A DNA stretch of 63,192 nucleotides, counting the filler, from Anaerolineae bacterium (lineage in GTDB: Bacteria; Chloroflexota; Anaerolineae; Epilineales; Epilineaceae), in assembly GCA_029262755.1 (NCBI GenBank). It is 5 parts of 5 records of this genome, joined end to end, with 100 filler letters (N's around TTAATTAATTAA, not from the genome) between each part and the next. Parts side by side here need not be neighbours in the genome. Positions count along the whole stretch, not along the records: positions 59,455 to 63,192 come from JAJCYU010000243.1; 4 more parts are not named here. One strand, 5' to 3'. The notes beneath the pieces were generated by a model, which worked only from the letters and a program-made list of their open reading frames with translations, searched no databases and was not told where the DNA came from. Both the position numbers and the translations under genes were made by a program. Shown in pieces: positions 60,932-63,192 of the stretch (position 1 is its first letter; each line of letters starts with the position of its first letter).

Positions 60932-62638
60932 ATGGGCATCGCGGCGGACATCGTCATCATCGTCGTCGCCGGGCTAACGGGTGGCGCGCTTGCCAAAGCG
61001 CTGCGCCAACCCCTGATGCTTGGCTACATCTTGGCCGGTATTCTCGTTGGGCCTTTTACCGGTGGCGTCACGGTGGTCGAGGTTCACGATATTGAGTTGC
61101 TTGCCGAGATCGGCGTGGCGCTGCTGCTCTTTGCGCTCGGGCTGGAGTTGTCGATCAAGGAGCTGCGGCCCGTTCGCTGGATCGCCATCATCGGGACCCC
61201 GCTGCAAGTCCTGCTCTGCCTGCTCCTCGCGGGCCTCATATCGCGCCTGCTCGGCCTGGATTGGGGCCTTGCCGAGACGCTTTGGTTTGGTGCGGTGATC
61301 GCCCTTTCAAGCACGATGGTGACCCTCAAGACCCTGGAACACTACGGCTTGCTCGGCACGCTGTCTTCGCGCGTGATGATCGGGATGCTCTTGGTTCAGG
61401 ACCTGCTGTTCGTGCCGATGATCATCGTCCTGCCCCAGTTGTCCAACCTGCAAGGAAGTAGTGCTGCGCTCCTGCGCGTGGCGTTGCTGGCCGTACTCTT
61501 TCTGAGCACGATGTTCGTGCTGGGCACGCGCTGGATCCCGCGACTGATGGCCTGGGTTGCTCGCAGCAACTCGCGCGAGCTCTTCTTGCTCTTCAATGTC
61601 GCCATCGCGCTCGGCCTGGCCTACACGACCTACCTCTTCGGCCTATCGTTCGCGTTTGGTGCCTTCGTAGCCGGCATCGTGCTGAGCGAATCGCCGTACA
61701 GCCATCAGGCGCTGGGTGACTTGATCCCGCTGCGCGATCTCTTCGGACTGCTCTTCTTTGCCTCGGCCGGCATGCTCTTCGATCCCGCGTTTCTACTGGA
61801 CAACCTGAGCCTGGTGATCATGGCTGTCCTGCTCGTGGCCGTGGGCAAAGGCATGATCCTGGCCTTGCTGGTACGGCTCATGGGCTACCACAGCGTGATT
61901 CCCCTGGCGGTTGGACTGACGCTGTTCCAGGTCGGCGAGTTTTCGTTCGTACTCGCCCGGGTCGGAGTGCAGAGCGACTCGATCTCGAGTGATCTCTACA
62001 ATCTGATACTCGCCACCGCTGTGATCAGCATGGCGCTGACGCCGCTGGTGGCGTCCACCATCTCGCCGATCTACAGCCGGATCCTGTCCCGAAGGCCGGA
62101 GCGGCCGCCCATTTCGGCCAACCTTCCGGAACGCAGCGTGACAGGGCACGTCATCGTAGCCGGCTTTGGTCGGGCCGGCGGGCTCTTGGCCAAGGCTCTG
62201 CACGAAGCCCACCTCGACTTCGTGATCGTCGAACTCGACCATCGCGCCTTTGACCGAGCCCTGGAAGCCGGCTACCCGGTTGTCTACGGTGATGCCAACA
62301 ACGAGGCGGTGCTCAAGGCGGCCGGACTGCAGGGGGCGAGCCTCTTGGTCAGCACGGTACCGGCGGCGGATTCCTCGCGCCGAATCCTGGCTGCGGCCAC
62401 CGGCTCCGATGGGGGCCCGACCGTGATCCTGCGCGCGACCAACGCCGAGGAGCTGCAGTCCATGCAGGCCGAGCCGCAAGTCTTGGCGGTGATCCAACCG
62501 GAACTCGAAGCGGGCCTGACCATGCTTCGCCTGACGCTGGAACACAGCGGGCTCGACGCGGCCGCGGTTCACGCCCTGACCGAGCGCTCCCAATACAGGC
62601 GCGCCTACCTGCCCCGGATCGGCACGGGCACCGCCTGA
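60932..62638 (+). CDS. CPA2 cation:proton antiporter with TrkA-N/KTN domain (KefB/YbaL-like)
   Basis: [44 protein letters not shown]. Confidence 0.93.
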   Translation: MGIAADIVIIVVAGLTGGALAKALRQPLMLGYILAGILVGPFTGGVTVVEVHDIELLAEIGVALLLFALGLELSIKELRPVRWIAIIGTPLQVLLCLLLAGLISRLLGLDWGLAETLWFGAVIALSSTMVTLKTLEHYGLLGTLSSRVMIGMLLVQDLLFVPMIIVLPQLSNLQGSSAALLRVALLAVLFLSTMFVLGTRWIPRLMAWVARSNSRELFLLFNVAIALGLAYTTYLFGLSFAFGAFVAGIVLSESPYSHQALGDLIPLRDLFGLLFFASAGMLFDPAFLLDNLSLVIMAVLLVAVGKGMILALLVRLMGYHSVIPLAVGLTLFQVGEFSFVLARVGVQSDSISSDLYNLILATAVISMALTPLVASTISPIYSRILSRRPERPPISANLPERSVTGHVIVAGFGRAGGLLAKALHEAHLDFVIVELDHRAFDRALEAGYPVVYGDANNEAVLKAAGLQGASLLVSTVPAADSSRRILAAATGSDGGPTVILRATNAEELQSMQAEPQVLAVIQPELEAGLTMLRLTLEHSGLDAAAVHALTERSQYRRAYLPRIGTGTA

Positions 62639-62817
62639 GAGAGCCTTCCCATTGCATGCGCAAACACAGTACGGAATCCTGAGCAACCGCGGTGGGACGG
62701 TGCTCGCCTAGTAGTCTCCTGTTCGCCGAGGCAATCTCGGGTTTCGGCACAACGTACGAAGATTCGGACCGAGGCGCCGACGTTGAATCCGAAGCGCACA
62801 CGCGAGGAGCATGCCAC

Positions 62818-63192
62818 GTGAGCGAGCTCAAGAACCTCCAAGAGCGCGCCAAGGAATTACGCTGCCTGTACCGGGTGCAAGATGCGCTCGCGGATCGATC
62901 ACAGACACCGTCCTCGGTATTCATGCGCGTGTTGGAAGTCATTCCGGATGGCTGGCAGGAACCCGAGCGCACGGGCGCATGCATCGACTACCTAGGCCGC
63001 AGCTATGTCGGGCCGGGCTATTCGCGCGATGGGCTCAGCATGAGTGCCCCTATCCGGCTCGGAAACTCCGATGTCGGCAACATTCAGGTCGTGCAAGCGG
63101 GAATGGGACTGCAAGGAGATTCGGTTCCTTCCGCTACCAGCGACGGAGACGGGGACGGCTTCCTGCAAGAAGAGCATGAGTTGCTCGTCGCC
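62818..63192 (+). CDS. N-terminal fragment of a protein with a GAF-like 'ERAKELxCLY' domain (seen in PEP/pyruvate-binding proteins and sensor kinases); 3' truncated
   Basis: RBS GAGGAG + GTG; LQERAKELRCLYRV...IPDGWQEP...FLQEEHELL; open to the window end. Confidence 0.65.
   Translation, partial: MSELKNLQERAKELRCLYRVQDALADRSQTPSSVFMRVLEVIPDGWQEPERTGACIDYLGRSYVGPGYSRDGLSMSAPIRLGNSDVGNIQVVQAGMGLQGDSVPSATSDGDGDGFLQEEHELLVA

Overview
GC-rich (~68%) bacterial DNA. It is five separate contigs joined by artificial N-TTAATTAATTAA-N linkers (26544-26643, 33671-33770, 48643-48742, 59355-59454), so synteny is only meaningful within a contig. Gene content and protein style suggest a Chloroflexota (Anaerolineae/Ardenticatenia-like) draft genome; this is an inference. 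Housekeeping genes: ppa, rplY, etfBA, xerD, purine nucleoside phosphorylase, RlmD-like methyltransferase, msrPQ, typA, tatBC, M20 dipeptidase, P1B ATPase, CPA2 antiporter. Accessory genes: two vapBC modules, Uma2, an AlkD-like protein, and a 1298-aa TIR-cyclase-NACHT-FGE-like NLR-type protein. The strongest pattern is in the exported proteins. Seven unrelated ones carry the same short motif, (hydrophobic)-[YFW]-[LIM]-P-x-x-(L), usually right after a Thr/Pro/Ala-rich linker and with no transmembrane anchor. This is a candidate envelope-sorting signal. Candidate glycosylation genes also occur: a GT-C coupled to tatC, and an O-antigen-ligase/TPR gene heading a fibre + Thr-rich gene cluster. No rRNA, tRNA, CRISPR array or transposase was recognised.
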